From: Malacoraja senta | Lineage: Eukaryota | Assembly (NCBI GenBank): GCA_038087875.1 | Contig: CM075988.1 | Location: 22,508,001 to 22,572,000 of the forward strand | DNA length: 64,000 nt | Reading direction: 5' to 3' | Shown here: positions 63,128-64,000 of the stretch, piece by piece | Numbering within the stretch: the stretch's first letter is position 1 | Layout: the number at the start of each line of letters is the position of its first letter | Translations under genes and position numbers: made by a program | Notes under the pieces: generated by a model | Seen by the model: the letters and a program-made list of their open reading frames with translations, nothing else | What the model was told of the DNA's origin: nothing | Databases searched by the model: none

Positions 63128-64000
63128 GTTGGATGATCAGCCATGATCATATTGAATGGCGGTGCAGGCTCGAAGGGCCGAATGGCCTACTCCTGCACCT
63201 AATTTCTATGTTTCTATGTTTCTATTCGGCCCTTCGAGCCAGCACCGCCATTCAATGTGATCATGGCTGATCATCCCCAATCAGTACCCCATTCCTGCCT
63301 TCTCCCCATATCCCCTGACTCCGCTGTCTTTAAGAGCCCTATCTAGCTCTCGCTTGAAAGTATCCAGAGAACCGGCCTCCATTTCATCTCATAAGTGATC
63401 GGAGCAGAATTAGGCCATTTGGCCCATCAAGTCTACTCCACCAATCAATCATGGCTGATCTATCTCTCCCTCCTAACCCCATTCTCCTGCCTTCTCCCCA
63501 TAACCCCAGACACCTGTACTAATCAAGAATCTATCTATCTCTGCCTTACAAATCTCCATTGACTTGGCCTCCACAGCCTTCAGTGGCAATGAATTCCACA
63601 GATTCACCACCCTCTGAGTAAATAGATTTCTCCTCATCTCCTTCCTAAAGGAACTTTAGTTCTTTAATTCTGAGGCTGTGACCTCTGGTCCTCGACTCTC
63701 CCACTAATCCCAACATCCTCGCCACAGCCACTCTATCCAGGCCTTTCACTATTCGGTAAGTTTCAATGAGGAACCCCCCTCATCCTTCTACTTTGGAGTT
63801 TGGATGTCTGATAATGTCAAAGGAACACAAGAGAAGTCTCCAACGGAGAGGACAGAGCAGCACTAACATCAGCCACGGAAGCACACACTGGAAGTCATAT
63901 TGATTGAGAGCATTTCTGGCGACCTTCACTTGCATCGATCAGTCTTAACCCAGCCTGTGAACCGAATATCTCACAGTCAGCTCATTTATTTTTAATGACA

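Larger units (their letters stand above)
59593..63224 (+). mobile_element. CR1-clade LINE (HER1-like), 5'-truncated within ORF1, intact ORF2
   Basis: ORF1 SGNH esterase (GDSIVRG, VGTND, DGLH). ORF2 APE plus RT. 3' stem GGCCGAATGGCC and (TTTCTATG)n tail. Confidence 0.96.

Overview
Repeat-dense vertebrate genomic DNA. The repeat repertoire (HE1/V-type tRNA-SINEs, HER1/CR1 LINEs, Penelope-derived palindromes) points to a cartilaginous fish, probably a skate or ray; this is an inference. Two spliced genes lie on the minus strand. The first is PCSK7, with four 5' coding exons at 281-9617, continuing off the left edge. The second is SIDT2, with 15 coding exons of its 3' half at 25857-53354; its upstream exons were not recognised and its terminal exon was not found. 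A 200-N gap at 24223-24422 separates the two genes. Introns hold two long CR1 LINEs (one with an intact endonuclease-RT ORF2), many CR1, Rex1/Babar and SINE fragments, nine PIF/Harbinger-type MITEs, and Penelope-like GIY-YIG fragments. Main observations: (1) both long CR1 copies have a U_UUA_AAC slippery heptamer followed by a stop and a G-rich tract at the ORF1 end, with ORF2 open in the -1 frame in the intact copy, suggesting gag-pol-like programmed frameshifting in a LINE; (2) many minimal hammerhead-ribozyme cores occur in Penelope-derived fold-back repeats, including a tandem array; (3) the two CR1 copies have near-identical ORF2 but divergent ORF1; (4) SIDT2 and PCSK7 are head-to-tail across the gap; (5) SIDT2 has a 1-bp frameshift; (6) an intronic minisatellite consists of about 24 tandem 5' splice-site consensus motifs. 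All calls are by eye; no alignment or folding was run.
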